Assembly (NCBI GenBank): GCA_965248435.1
Contig: OZ252100.1
Location: 2,368,001 to 2,432,000, forward strand
Origin: Candidatus Latescibacterota bacterium
Lineage (GTDB): Bacteria > Latescibacterota > UBA2968 > GCA-2709665
DNA: 64,000 bases
Reading direction: 5' to 3'
In this document: positions 29,275 through 38,607 of the stretch, piece by piece
Layout: each line of letters begins with the position of its first letter
Position numbering within the stretch: the first letter of the stretch is position 1
Notes under the pieces: model-generated
Database searches by the model: none
Seen by the model: the letters and a program-made list of their open reading frames with translations, nothing else
Told to the model about the DNA's origin: nothing
Translations under genes and position numbers: made by a program

Positions 29275-30085
29275 TCATGTCTCTGGCAAATCAGGTGGCC
29301 CATCCACATACGGCTTCAACGCCGCATAGACGACTTCGTTGAGCGGCGTAGGCACGCCGAGCTCTCTGCCGAGCCGCACGGCCGTCCCGGCGAGAGACTC
29401 CAGCTCCAGCCGACGCCCCGCCTCCAGGTCCATGAGCGTGGAGCGCGCTGCTCTCCGGGCAGGCGAAGGTCGGGCCCATCGGCAGCCGCAGCAGGGACAG
29501 CGCACCTCCTGTGCCACAGATGGCCACGAACTTCTCCCACATCACCGTCGGCATGTCTGCGTGCAGCTCTGACGGAAGCCCGGCCTTCTCGAACAGCTCG
29601 AAAATCTGTTTCGTGCGCTCACTCTCGCCCCCTTCCGGTTCCCCGAACATCAGAGGCGCGCGCACGCCCCCGTAGGCGACCACACCGGGCCCGACCTTGA
29701 GCCCACTCGTGTAGGTCGCGCCGGCGATCACGCGGTCTTCCCCAACGATGCGACCGATTCGCTCGACGCTGTCCACCCCGTTCAGGACCGAAAGGACCAT
29801 CGTATCGCCGCCAACCATGGGCCGTGTCAGCTGGGCAGCGGATTCCAGATCGTAGGTCTTCACGCAGAACAGAACAAGACCCACCGGGCCGACTTCGCTC
29901 GGATCATCGGTCGCCTGAAGCTGGACGGTCGTATCTACGTCCCCGTCTCTCAGCGTCAACCCGTTTTCGCGGATCGCCTGGAGGTGCGCGCCTCTCGCGA
30001 TCAGAGCAACGTCTTCACCCGCCTGGGCGAGGATGACGGCGTAGCGTCCTCCGAGACCTCCGGGGCCCACCACCGCGATGCGCAT
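29275..30085 (-). pseudogene. panE: 2-dehydropantoate 2-reductase (PanE/ApbA) with internal deletion and frameshift near 29445
   Basis: MRIAVVGPGGLGG, LFCVKTYD, MWEKFV in one frame; STLMDLEAGRRLELESLAG...GVPTPLN in another; the intervening helix segment appears missing. Confidence 0.8.
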
Positions 30086-30123
30086 GCGTAATCTCCTTGG
30101 TGTCACACAAAGTCGTTGTTCTT

Positions 30124-30312
30124 GGACCACGGACGACAGACCGCAGACCGCAGAGCTGTAGTCGCAGGCTTCAGCCTGCGGGACCTCGAGGTTTCACATC
30201 AGGTGAGAAACCGACTGTTCGTAGACGATTGTTAGAATCGCAGGCAGTAGTCTTCGCGAAGTGCAAATGCTCATTCATCCCGCGGTCCGCCGTCTGTGGT
30301 CCGCCGTCCGTC
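30124..30312. repeat. GAC(G/C)RCR-heptamer inverted-arm element, copy 3, with internal GTAG hairpin (30158-30180)
   Basis: GGACCACGGACGACAGACCGCAGACCGCAG; GTAGTCGCAGGCTTCAGCCTGCG; right arm GCGGTCCGCCGTCTGTGGTCCGCCGTCCGTC. Confidence 0.78.
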
Positions 30313-31604
30313 TAATATCCGATTTCAGAAATCAGGTCCGCCGCTCTAGGCGTCAGATTCTTCACGCAATCCCCGATCAGTGATTTGTCGCTTGCGTAGT
30401 CCTTTTTCTTGAACCAGCTCCTATCCACTTTGCGTGCGCGAAGGTTATCCCGCGGATCGGACCTGTAAAGCCGGCTCAGGTCGCCGGAATACTGCGAGTA
30501 GGTGGCTTGAGAACTCTTGTTGGCTTCGAAAATCTCGGAGATGACGATCGATTTCGTCGCAGCCTCCGTGACCTGCACGTTCACCCTCAGCGTTGCCCGC
30601 TTACGCCCTTTGATCTGTAGGTAATTTTTCTCGGTGACCTCGATGGCCCGTTCCTTCTCCTTTCCATCCTCGTCCGTGTACTCCTCCCGGCTCCCGTCCC
30701 ACCGCCAGGCTTTCTTCTGCTCCGTCTCCTCGATGTGAGGCGGAGGGATCTCCAGGGCGATCACCTTGATCTTCACCCGATAGTCTGCACCTGAACGCCC
30801 TTCGACGTCGGCTCGATCGATATAGCTCTTGAATGGGTCCTTCCTGGAAACAAGGTTCCTCATCACAGATGTATACAGCCTCTCTGACGGGTTGGTCTGT
30901 GAGTAATATCGTTCTTCCCCTGAAAGCAAAGCGATCGTCACGTGCACCCGATCCAGGATCTTCTTCATGTAGGACTTCGTGTCCTTGTAAGCTCTGATCC
31001 GATCGAAGGTTTCGTATGCCTGCCGCCATTCCTGATCCTCGTAGAGGCCTACACCCTGTTTGTAGACTGCCGTCCGCCACAGGTCATCGGCTTCGCGATA
31101 GTCCGGGTCGATCTGGATCAGCTCATCGAACGCGACCTCTGCCTCGCCGTATGCCTCTGATTTGAGCAGCTTCTGCCCCCTAGCGTAGAGCGACTCAAGC
31201 GTCGCCTGCCTGGCCTGTCGGTAGAACTCAAGATGCGCATCCTCCAGCTCCAGATGAATGCCAAAGACCTCCACTCGTCTCTTGAAGACCAGGACCTTCT
31301 CGTATTCCCTGAACGCACGCGCAAACGTCCCGGCCCGGTGTGCCTCCTCCGCGCGAATCGCCTTTCTCGTGAGCGCTGCCGGGGCGTTCCTCGCCAGCCC
31401 CACCCTCGCATCGGCGTTGGTCGCATCCTTCTCGAGGGCCTGCAGATACTGTTCTGATGCCCCCTCTACATCCCCAACCGCCTCCAGCTTGGCGCCGGTC
31501 TTCAGGTACTTGTTTCCACAGCCCGCCGACATCACGCAAAACGCTAAGGCGACGCACATATTCAGCCACTTCTGGCCAATCAAATTGCGCCGATCGCTTT
31601 CCAT
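30312..31604 (-). CDS. TPR-containing lipoprotein with C-terminal alpha/beta domain
   Basis: Lipobox SAG-C, TPR helices (IDPDYREA); AAAAGGA upstream of ATG 31604. Confidence 0.8.
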   Translation of the reverse strand: MESDRRNLIGQKWLNMCVALAFCVMSAGCGNKYLKTGAKLEAVGDVEGASEQYLQALEKDATNADARVGLARNAPAALTRKAIRAEEAHRAGTFARAFREYEKVLVFKRRVEVFGIHLELEDAHLEFYRQARQATLESLYARGQKLLKSEAYGEAEVAFDELIQIDPDYREADDLWRTAVYKQGVGLYEDQEWRQAYETFDRIRAYKDTKSYMKKILDRVHVTIALLSGEERYYSQTNPSERLYTSVMRNLVSRKDPFKSYIDRADVEGRSGADYRVKIKVIALEIPPPHIEETEQKKAWRWDGSREEYTDEDGKEKERAIEVTEKNYLQIKGRKRATLRVNVQVTEAATKSIVISEIFEANKSSQATYSQYSGDLSRLYRSDPRDNLRARKVDRSWFKKKDYASDKSLIGDCVKNLTPRAADLISEIGY

Positions 31605-31650
31605 TGCGTATCCTTTTCGTGAGGTTTGCGAGCTGATGATTCGACAGGCA

Positions 31651-32706
31651 CTATTCCTCGCGAAGGCGCCAAAGCACAACGACAGGCCGGTCTGTGCCTT
31701 TTTCGTCGACTTCGTCGTAATAGCCCGCTACCAAATACCTGCCGTCTGGGCTGAACGCAACGCTTAACACCTTGGCTGACGAACTAGACTCATCCGGTTT
31801 GACTTTGGCGATCTCGGAGGAGGTTCCGTTTGGTATCCTGAAAATTTTCACTTCCTTGCCACTTGCGACCGCAGCGTATTCTCCGTCGGCGCTCATAGCT
31901 AAACGGTTTCTCGATTCGGCCGACGCCTTCAGTTTCTGACTTTGCGAATAAACATCCGAGACTTTCTGCCAGACTAGGGTTTGATCCTTATCGTACGTCA
32001 CAAGGGTTCTACCGTCCGCTCCCCACGCGGCAGAGGCGATCCCTCTGGAATGACCTCCGAGCTTCTGGGCTTCCTGGAACACACCTGAGGAAAATGACCA
32101 TATCTTGACTGTCTTGTCATCACTCGCGGTTGCGAGGCGCATGCCGTCCGGACTTGCCCTCACATCCCTGATGGATTTTCCGTGACCTGTCTGATGGCCA
32201 CCCCATTCCCAGAATCTTCCCTCGAACAGCTCGTGCACATACAACCCACTTTCGCCATATACCGAAATGAGATAAGCATTATCCTTGGAGAAGCACGCAG
32301 CCGTCCGACCTCTCAATGTCTGAATCTGCGCATATTGACCCTCTGAGCGATCAAACAGTTCGACGACGTCTCTTTGCCCTACGGCCAAATACGTACCATC
32401 CCGACTAAACGTGAAACTCACCATCCCGGAATTGGTGAGTTTTTTCCTTTCCACGAGACTATCAGCCTCGAGAGCATAAATACCAAATTCTTTATCTGAT
32501 CCAACCACCAGATTCTTTCCGTCGGGGCTGAACGCAATCGTCCCGATTTTTACACTCGGTCGCACGCCGAAGCTGGCACCCATACCACCGCCTGAATCGA
32601 ACTCTGAAACGAATAGTTCGTCAACGACCTCAATATCGAGCTCCTGGGCAAGGGCAGGTAAGGCGCAAGTAAGTAGAACGAGGGCGGCGGTCATCGTGCG
32701 TTTCAT
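31651..32706 (-). CDS. Secreted WD40-repeat protein
   Basis: Signal peptide ending ALA; AFSPDG, GH..., ATASDDKTVKIW repeats. Confidence 0.9.
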   Translation of the reverse strand: MKRTMTAALVLLTCALPALAQELDIEVVDELFVSEFDSGGGMGASFGVRPSVKIGTIAFSPDGKNLVVGSDKEFGIYALEADSLVERKKLTNSGMVSFTFSRDGTYLAVGQRDVVELFDRSEGQYAQIQTLRGRTAACFSKDNAYLISVYGESGLYVHELFEGRFWEWGGHQTGHGKSIRDVRASPDGMRLATASDDKTVKIWSFSSGVFQEAQKLGGHSRGIASAAWGADGRTLVTYDKDQTLVWQKVSDVYSQSQKLKASAESRNRLAMSADGEYAAVASGKEVKIFRIPNGTSSEIAKVKPDESSSSAKVLSVAFSPDGRYLVAGYYDEVDEKGTDRPVVVLWRLREE

Positions 32707-32777
32707 ATCGTAACCTCCTCCTGATGTGCTGTGATCGCACCGGCAAACGTCTCACGTACGCTCAAGGACAATTAACA

Positions 32778-33884
32778 TCACCTCACCCTGAGTCGCCAGA
32801 TCCTGACGGTAGCATCGTCGCTTCCAGATACGATGTATTTCCCGTCCGACCTGAACGCAAGGCTTTTCACGTTCATGCTGTGTCCCATGAGCGTGACAAC
32901 GTTGGGAGATTCTGATCTGGACAGATCCCAAATCCTCACCCGATTGTCCTTTCCGCCGCTCGCAAGAAGCTTATTGTCCGGGCTGATGGCAACGGCGTAA
33001 ACCCCTTTCTTAGAGCCTTCTAAAACCCGGGTAGGCGAGAACCCGTTGTCGCCGAGCTCATATATCCTGATCTTCTTGTCGTCGCTTCCCACAGCAAAGA
33101 ACGACCCGTCTGCACTGAAGGCAACACTCTTGACACCCTTCTTGAAGTCCTTGAGCTGTTGGACCTCTTTGAATTTTCCACCAAGGTTCTCGTAAACCTT
33201 GACCGTCTTATCATCGTCGCCCGCGACCACGAATTTTCCGTCGGGGCTTATCGCAACACATTTAATCTTCTTTTTGTGCCCGAGGGATTGTAAATAGGCG
33301 TACTCCCCCTCGGCCTTTTCACACACTCTGACAGTCTTGTCGTCACTTGCAGTAGCGAGAACCTTGCCGTCCGAGCTCAAGGCCAGCGCTTTAACCCCCT
33401 TCTTGTGTCCCTCTAACACCTGGATCTCGGACAGGCCATCATCGGCGACTTCCAAGACCTTAACTTTCTTGTCGTCGGTTCCCAGGATGATGCGCGACCC
33501 ATCGGGGCTGAAGGCCGCGCAATTGACCTGCCACTCGACCGAAAACGTCTCTTTAAAGCCCCCAAGAGCAGCGCCGAAACCGGCCTTGACGGCCTCGACT
33601 TTACCCATACCTTCGAATGAAAGCTCCTCTTCCTCCAGACGATCTACATCCTGATTAGACTTCTTGTATCGGACACCCACGAGCTTCCGGACTCTCGGGC
33701 CCTCCGCAGAGTTGATGTAGAGGAGGCGCGTCCCATCGTTACTAAACGCCACAGGAGTTGCAGTGCCCGCGGCCCAGTGGACATCGTCGTAAATCGACTG
33801 CCATTCGGCACCCAGCAGTTCCTCCGACTTTACGTGCGAAGGGCAGACCAAAATCGCAATTAGTAGAACTCCTATCTTTCTCAT
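32778..33884 (-). CDS. Secreted WD40-repeat protein
   Basis: Signal peptide; regular repeats GHKKGVKALALSSDGKVLATASDDKTVRV, SGSDDATVRIW. Confidence 0.92.
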   Translation of the reverse strand: MRKIGVLLIAILVCPSHVKSEELLGAEWQSIYDDVHWAAGTATPVAFSNDGTRLLYINSAEGPRVRKLVGVRYKKSNQDVDRLEEEELSFEGMGKVEAVKAGFGAALGGFKETFSVEWQVNCAAFSPDGSRIILGTDDKKVKVLEVADDGLSEIQVLEGHKKGVKALALSSDGKVLATASDDKTVRVCEKAEGEYAYLQSLGHKKKIKCVAISPDGKFVVAGDDDKTVKVYENLGGKFKEVQQLKDFKKGVKSVAFSADGSFFAVGSDDKKIRIYELGDNGFSPTRVLEGSKKGVYAVAISPDNKLLASGGKDNRVRIWDLSRSESPNVVTLMGHSMNVKSLAFRSDGKYIVSGSDDATVRIWRLRVR

Positions 33885-35839
33885 GGGTCCGTCTCCTTTC
33901 TAGAGGCCTTTTCCCCCGTTGGTGTCTGTTGCACCGCGTCACCCGTCACAACATCGGGGCGCTGCGGTCGGTAATGCTCTACCACCTTCAGAATCTCGCT
34001 TGCCAGTTGGCCTGCTGTTTTTAGAGATGCAGCCTCCATGAGGTCAGAGCTGGATCTCACGTTGCTCCGAACGTTGAACTTTTGCACCTCACCTGAGGAC
34101 AGTCGCGAAAACCCGGCCATGGTCTTCGTGTAAAGATGACTCGGATCCACCCCACCCACACCCCAAGCTACGCTTTCCAACCGATTGTCGTCCACGATAT
34201 CTGCAAGGGTGCTCTGTTTGATGCTCTCCCCGGTGGTTGAATCAAGGATCTGATAATACACTCGAAACAGACTGTCGATCTCTTCGAGGTCCACGTAGTA
34301 ATAATAGCGCCGATCGCCCACCGTCTCCCTTTTCTGATTCCCCTCGCTGTCGGTGTAGGTCCGCTCCTTCAGCGTCCACGCCTCTTTCTCGGTTTGTGAA
34401 CTGAGGGTCATGGTGTAGGCTTCCGCGAGCTCGGCGAGCACAACAAGATGGATACCCGACTCACGTGAGGTCTTAAGGACCTCCTGCAGGCCGGCGTGCT
34501 TTGGGTTCATCCCAGAGGCTTCCCAGCGCCGGTCAAACAGATCCAGTTCTTCAAGCCGAACGTAGACCAGTTTTTGTCCTTCAATGCGCGAAAGCAGCCT
34601 CTGCTGGAACTGGGCTTCCAATTGCCTGCGGAACGGCTCCTGGGAGACCTTGAGCACGTCCCACTTCCTGCGCCCCTGAATCACCTCCAGGGGCCGCTTG
34701 TACCACCGCCGTTTCTCTGGGCCCAGCACAGATGCCAGATGACGCCTCATTTCGTCGGATGTGAAGAGGCAAAAGCCGACACTGAAACTCCCCTTCTCCA
34801 GGGCCTCTTCCATAAGAACAGCCGCATCCCGGAAGTTTGGAACCCTGTCGAGCGCTGCCCTGAACTCTTCGTAGGCCGAAAGGTAGTTCCCCTGCTCCGA
34901 GTGTTGCTTCGCCGAGCTGTAGTGATCGAGCGCCACAGCCTCCTCCGCCAGTCGCCGAGACTTAACTGCTTGATCCAGTGCGTCTTTGTAGTTCGGAACG
35001 AATCTCACCGACTTTCGAAACGAATGTTCCGCGTCCTCGTAGTCCTTTTCCTCGAGTGCCTCCAGGGCCCGTGTATAGGCCTTTTCAGCCTCCTTTTCCA
35101 GCTCGCCCGGAATCAGGAAGCGAGAAATCGCAGGAACAGTTACGATTCGTGCCTCACCGATGATCGAGAGCGGAATGCCTGAACGGCTCAGATCCGGCAC
35201 AGCGTCTCCATCAACCTGATCAAATCTCCAGTGCCCGACGAGGCCTCTTTCATTCCCTTTGAGCGCGCGGTCCATATGCGTCTTGATCTTCTTCCGCGAT
35301 CTGCGCCGGTCCCACACCCGGATCTCGCCGATGTACCCCTGGAGCAACTTATCTTTGGGCCAGTTGGATTTGCCGAAGTACTTTGATCCCTCGGTAATCT
35401 GCTCAAGCCCCCCCTCGTAATTGTCGTCGTCCCTCCGTTTCCCGTTCACGTAGAACTCCATCCCACCGATCCCGCAGACCGCGGCGAGGTGGACCCATTC
35501 GCCCAGCTTCACCGCCTTCTTGGCTCGCGTCCGATGGCGCTTGCCCTGGCGATCGAAAATGGCAAAGTTCACCGTGCTGGAGCTCTTTTCGGTCTGAATT
35601 ACGAGGGCATTGCCTTCCCGGCCCCAATCCAGCACACGTGCCCACTTGTTGAACCGCTTCCACTTCACCCAGACTTCCACGGTGGCCTCCGTCAGGTCAT
35701 CGAAGGCGTGGGCAGGAAGCTCCAGGTAGCTGTCCACCCCGTTCAAGTACACGACGTTCATCCTGTAGCCGCCTAGGTCTTCGGCGAAGGCCGATGCACA
35801 ACTCAGCAGCACGCAGGCACTTGTCATCGCAACAAGCAC
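33881..35839 (-). CDS. Secreted LamG/concanavalin-like + TPR protein
   Basis: SYLELP..AFDDLTEATVEVWVKW, WVHLAAV, YVNG, GYIGEIRVW, LVGHWRFD; TPR (VPNYKDA, VPNFRDA). Confidence 0.85.
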   Translation of the reverse strand: MLVAMTSACVLLSCASAFAEDLGGYRMNVVYLNGVDSYLELPAHAFDDLTEATVEVWVKWKRFNKWARVLDWGREGNALVIQTEKSSSTVNFAIFDRQGKRHRTRAKKAVKLGEWVHLAAVCGIGGMEFYVNGKRRDDDNYEGGLEQITEGSKYFGKSNWPKDKLLQGYIGEIRVWDRRRSRKKIKTHMDRALKGNERGLVGHWRFDQVDGDAVPDLSRSGIPLSIIGEARIVTVPAISRFLIPGELEKEAEKAYTRALEALEEKDYEDAEHSFRKSVRFVPNYKDALDQAVKSRRLAEEAVALDHYSSAKQHSEQGNYLSAYEEFRAALDRVPNFRDAAVLMEEALEKGSFSVGFCLFTSDEMRRHLASVLGPEKRRWYKRPLEVIQGRRKWDVLKVSQEPFRRQLEAQFQQRLLSRIEGQKLVYVRLEELDLFDRRWEASGMNPKHAGLQEVLKTSRESGIHLVVLAELAEAYTMTLSSQTEKEAWTLKERTYTDSEGNQKRETVGDRRYYYYVDLEEIDSLFRVYYQILDSTTGESIKQSTLADIVDDNRLESVAWGVGGVDPSHLYTKTMAGFSRLSSGEVQKFNVRSNVRSSSDLMEAASLKTAGQLASEILKVVEHYRPQRPDVVTGDAVQQTPTGEKASRKETDP

Positions 35840-35979
35840 TGCGATTGAGCACGTTGATAGAATGGTCTTTGATATCTTAATGGGGCCCCCTTATGAAGAC
35901 GCAACGGGTCACTTGGACGAGTGGAAACCACGTGGCATCATCTGCGCTTTAAGATAAAGCCCAATCTTCCAGCACGCGC

Positions 35980-36007
35980 AAAAAGCCGCACCTTAACAGA
36001 TGCGGCT
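35980..36007 (-). terminator. Terminator-like hairpin in the 5' leader of the LamG/WD40 operon
   Basis: Minus strand AGCCGCATCT-GTTA-AGGTGCGGCT-TTTT. Confidence 0.65.
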
Positions 36008-36077
36008 CCAGCGAGCTTCTTCCCGACCAGAAAACCCACCCGGCATCCGTCGTTTTTTTTCTACCTAATGTTCAGGC

Positions 36078-36107
36078 AAGTTAATTTCTGACATTAGCCA
36101 ATGTCAA
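36078..36107 (-). promoter_or_regulatory. Sigma70-type promoter overlapped by an 18-bp palindrome (36089-36106)
   Basis: Minus strand TTGACA-18 nt-TAACTT; TGACATT-agcc-AATGTCA. Confidence 0.55.
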
Positions 36108-36247
36108 GCCGAATCTGGGTCCTGCACTGCTCAATGGAGCGTTTGCGTAAGCCCCTTTTTTTTGCGTCTTTGAGGGGTAAATTCGATGCGCCCTCGGCGC
36201 CAATTCAGTACCTCCCGCGCCTCAGGTATCCACGAGAATCAACCCGC

Positions 36248-36903
36248 GTGCACAGCTCAAAACTCAGAGGGACGGACTTCCAGATCCGATATCGCGGAGA
36301 GGAGATCAGCCACGCCGATTTCTTCTCGGATCTCGCGAAAACCGACCGGCTCGGCGTGCTCGCGCCGGCGCGATACGAGGGCGCAGGGGCCGTTACCCTC
36401 ATCCTGGCCTACGTCACCGCCTTCTATGATCGCTACCGCGCGGAGGGAGACGATTTCTTCGCCTATCCGGACTTCTTTACCTTTCAAAGACGCGAGCCAA
36501 TCGCCAGCTACGGATGGCTGGACATCTCGCCGGGTCACAAGAACGTCCGCGTTCCTGACGGCGCCAACGAAACCGCTCAGGCGATCACCGATCGGGCGTG
36601 AACGTCCTGCTCGTTCCGGAAAGTGAGAATTCCCACGATCCATCATACGAGAAGGTGCAGCTAGAAAGCCTTCGCAGAAACATCAGGCGTTGTTTTGTCT
36701 ATTCACCGAGCGGCCGTGTCGACGCGGCAGACCTCGAGATCAGCAGCGGCTATTCTGAGATCCGCGATTGGATCGCCAAGATGTTCGACTCGGTCGCGGA
36801 ACTAAAATCGCAAAAAGATCAGTGGTTCGCATCTGTTGAACTGCCGCCGCTTCGCCAGTCTTTTCGCGAAGTCGAACTGAACGAAGCGCTGCGTCTCTTA
36901 TAG
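36248..36903 (+). pseudogene. Hypothetical protein split by an apparent 1-nt deletion at 36594-36596
   Basis: MHSSKLRGTDFQI...AITDR and VNVLLVP join as TDRGVNVLLVP if GGG is read as GGGG. Confidence 0.6.
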
Positions 36904-36933
36904 CGAACCCGTAACCGAATCACGAGGTAACGA

Positions 36934-38402
36934 ATGAGAGTCGCCATCGGCGTTTTCTGTCACGAGACCAGCACCTTCACTCCGGTGCAGACCACTTGGG
37001 ACAATTTCCGCAACGAGCGGTTTGGCTACCTCGTCGGCGACGAGCTGATTACCACATTCAGGGGCACAGGCACATCGATCGGCGGATTCATCCAGGCCGC
37101 GGATGATCACGGTTTCGAACTCGTCCCGACCATCCTCGCCAACGCCTCCCCGAGCGCGCCGACGCCCCGCGACGTCTTCGACGCCATCCTGAACGACCTG
37201 CTGGACCGAATCGATGCGGGCGGACCGGTCGACGGTGTCCTGTTGGAGCTGCACGGCGCCATGGTCGTCGAGGGGATCGACGACGGCGACGGGCACATCT
37301 TCTCGGCCCTCCGGGAGCGCGTCGGAAAGGACGTGCCGATTCTCGCCCAGCTCGACATCCACTCCAACATGTCGCCCGAGATGGTCGAGAAGGCGGACGT
37401 ACTCATCGGCAGGGAGACCTATCCGGAAATCGATCAGGTCGAGCGCGCCCGCGAGTGCGGAGACGTATTGATGCGGATCAAAAACGACCGTGTGCGTCCG
37501 ACGATGGCCCTCTGCAGGATCCCGCTCGTCTGGGGCATGAACCAGATTACTGCGCACTCCCCCATGCGCGAGGCCATCGCAGAGCTGCACCGAATCGAGG
37601 CCCTGCCAGGCGTCGTCTGCGGCTCGATCTCCACCTGTTATCCCCTGGCCGATATCCCCACATGGGTGCCTCGACCTACATCGTCACGGACAACGATCAG
37701 GACCTCGCCCAGAAATGTGCGGATGAACTCGGTGACTGGATCTTCGAGCGCAGGGCGGACTGGCAGACCACGCGGCCCACGACGCGCGAGGCCCTGGAGC
37801 AGGCCGAGGCCGCGGGAAAATTTCCCGCGATCTTTTCAGACCGAAACGACAACACCGGCGGCGGTTCTGCCGGCGACAGCACCGGCGTCCTGCGCACCTT
37901 CATCGACGCCGGGCTCTCGGACGCCTGCATCCTCTACATCGTGGACCCCGAAGCGGTGAAGCAGTGCGAGCAGGCGGGCGAGGGCACGCGCCTGGAACTG
38001 GACGTGGGCGCGAAGTCCAGCCCCCTCCAGGGCGAGCCGGTGCGCATGGACGTGAAGGTGGTGAAGCTCTCGGACGGCTACTTCACCTACGACGGACCGA
38101 GGAACGCGGGGCTGGAGGGGTGCATGGGGCCTTCGGCCTACATCAGACAGGACGGGATCCACGTCTTGCTCGTCAGCATGAGAGAACAGCCCTTCGGCCC
38201 GGCGTTCTCGCGCACGATGGGTCTGGACCCCCAGAAGATGCGCTACATCGGGATCAAATCCACCGCTCACTTCCGCGCCGGGTTCGAATCCTGGGCCGGC
38301 TCGATCTACTCGGTCAATGAGCCCGGGATAAACAATCCGCCCGGCGGCGCTAGCGCGTTTCATAACCTCGGTCGCAAGCTGTATCCCTTTCACGATATCT
38401 AA
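36934..38402 (+). pseudogene. MlrC family (M81) metallopeptidase, frameshifted at 37656-37659
   Basis: HETSTF, LHGAMV, LDIHSN, TYPEID, then DNTGGGSAGD and IKSTAHFRAGF in the next frame; adding one C gives ADIPHMGAS. Confidence 0.85.
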
Positions 38403-38429
38403 ACGGGTACCGGGAAAAGAAAAAATGAT

Positions 38430-38556
38430 TCGCGAAATTCAAATCCCCCCTGCCCCCCTTTTTCAAAGGGGGGACATTGCTCTCAGTGAATTGGTTCCCA
38501 ATCAGAGAGTTGATTCTTCCCCCTTTCTCAAAGGGGGACTGAGGGGGATTTCAAAG
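38430..38556. repeat. Uninterrupted CCCCCTTT-N3-AAAGGGGG doublet element (empty allele)
   Basis: TCGCGAAATTCAAATCCCCCCTGCCCCCCTTTTTCAAAGGGGGG ... CCCCCTTTCTCAAAGGGGGACTGAGGGGGATTTCAAAG; ends are reverse complements of 51540-51741. Confidence 0.85.
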
Positions 38557-38607
38557 TGATAGACGCTTATCCTCTCGACCTTCGATCGATTTGAAGGAGG
38601 CCATTCG

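Noticed and set aside
29094-29309. 71-aa minus-strand ORF upstream of the orphan operon
   Set aside because: Spans a repeat element and a promoter; no RBS; composition unlike protein
35840-35890. Possible ATT start extending the LamG gene
   Set aside because: The frame is open and a purine tract is present, but SD spacing is short and in-frame GTG/ATG starts exist; not supportable
36591-37660. Programmed frameshifting or Sec/Pyl readthrough at the split genes
   Set aside because: No slippery heptamer or SECIS-like hairpin seen; the breaks are frame changes in short homopolymers
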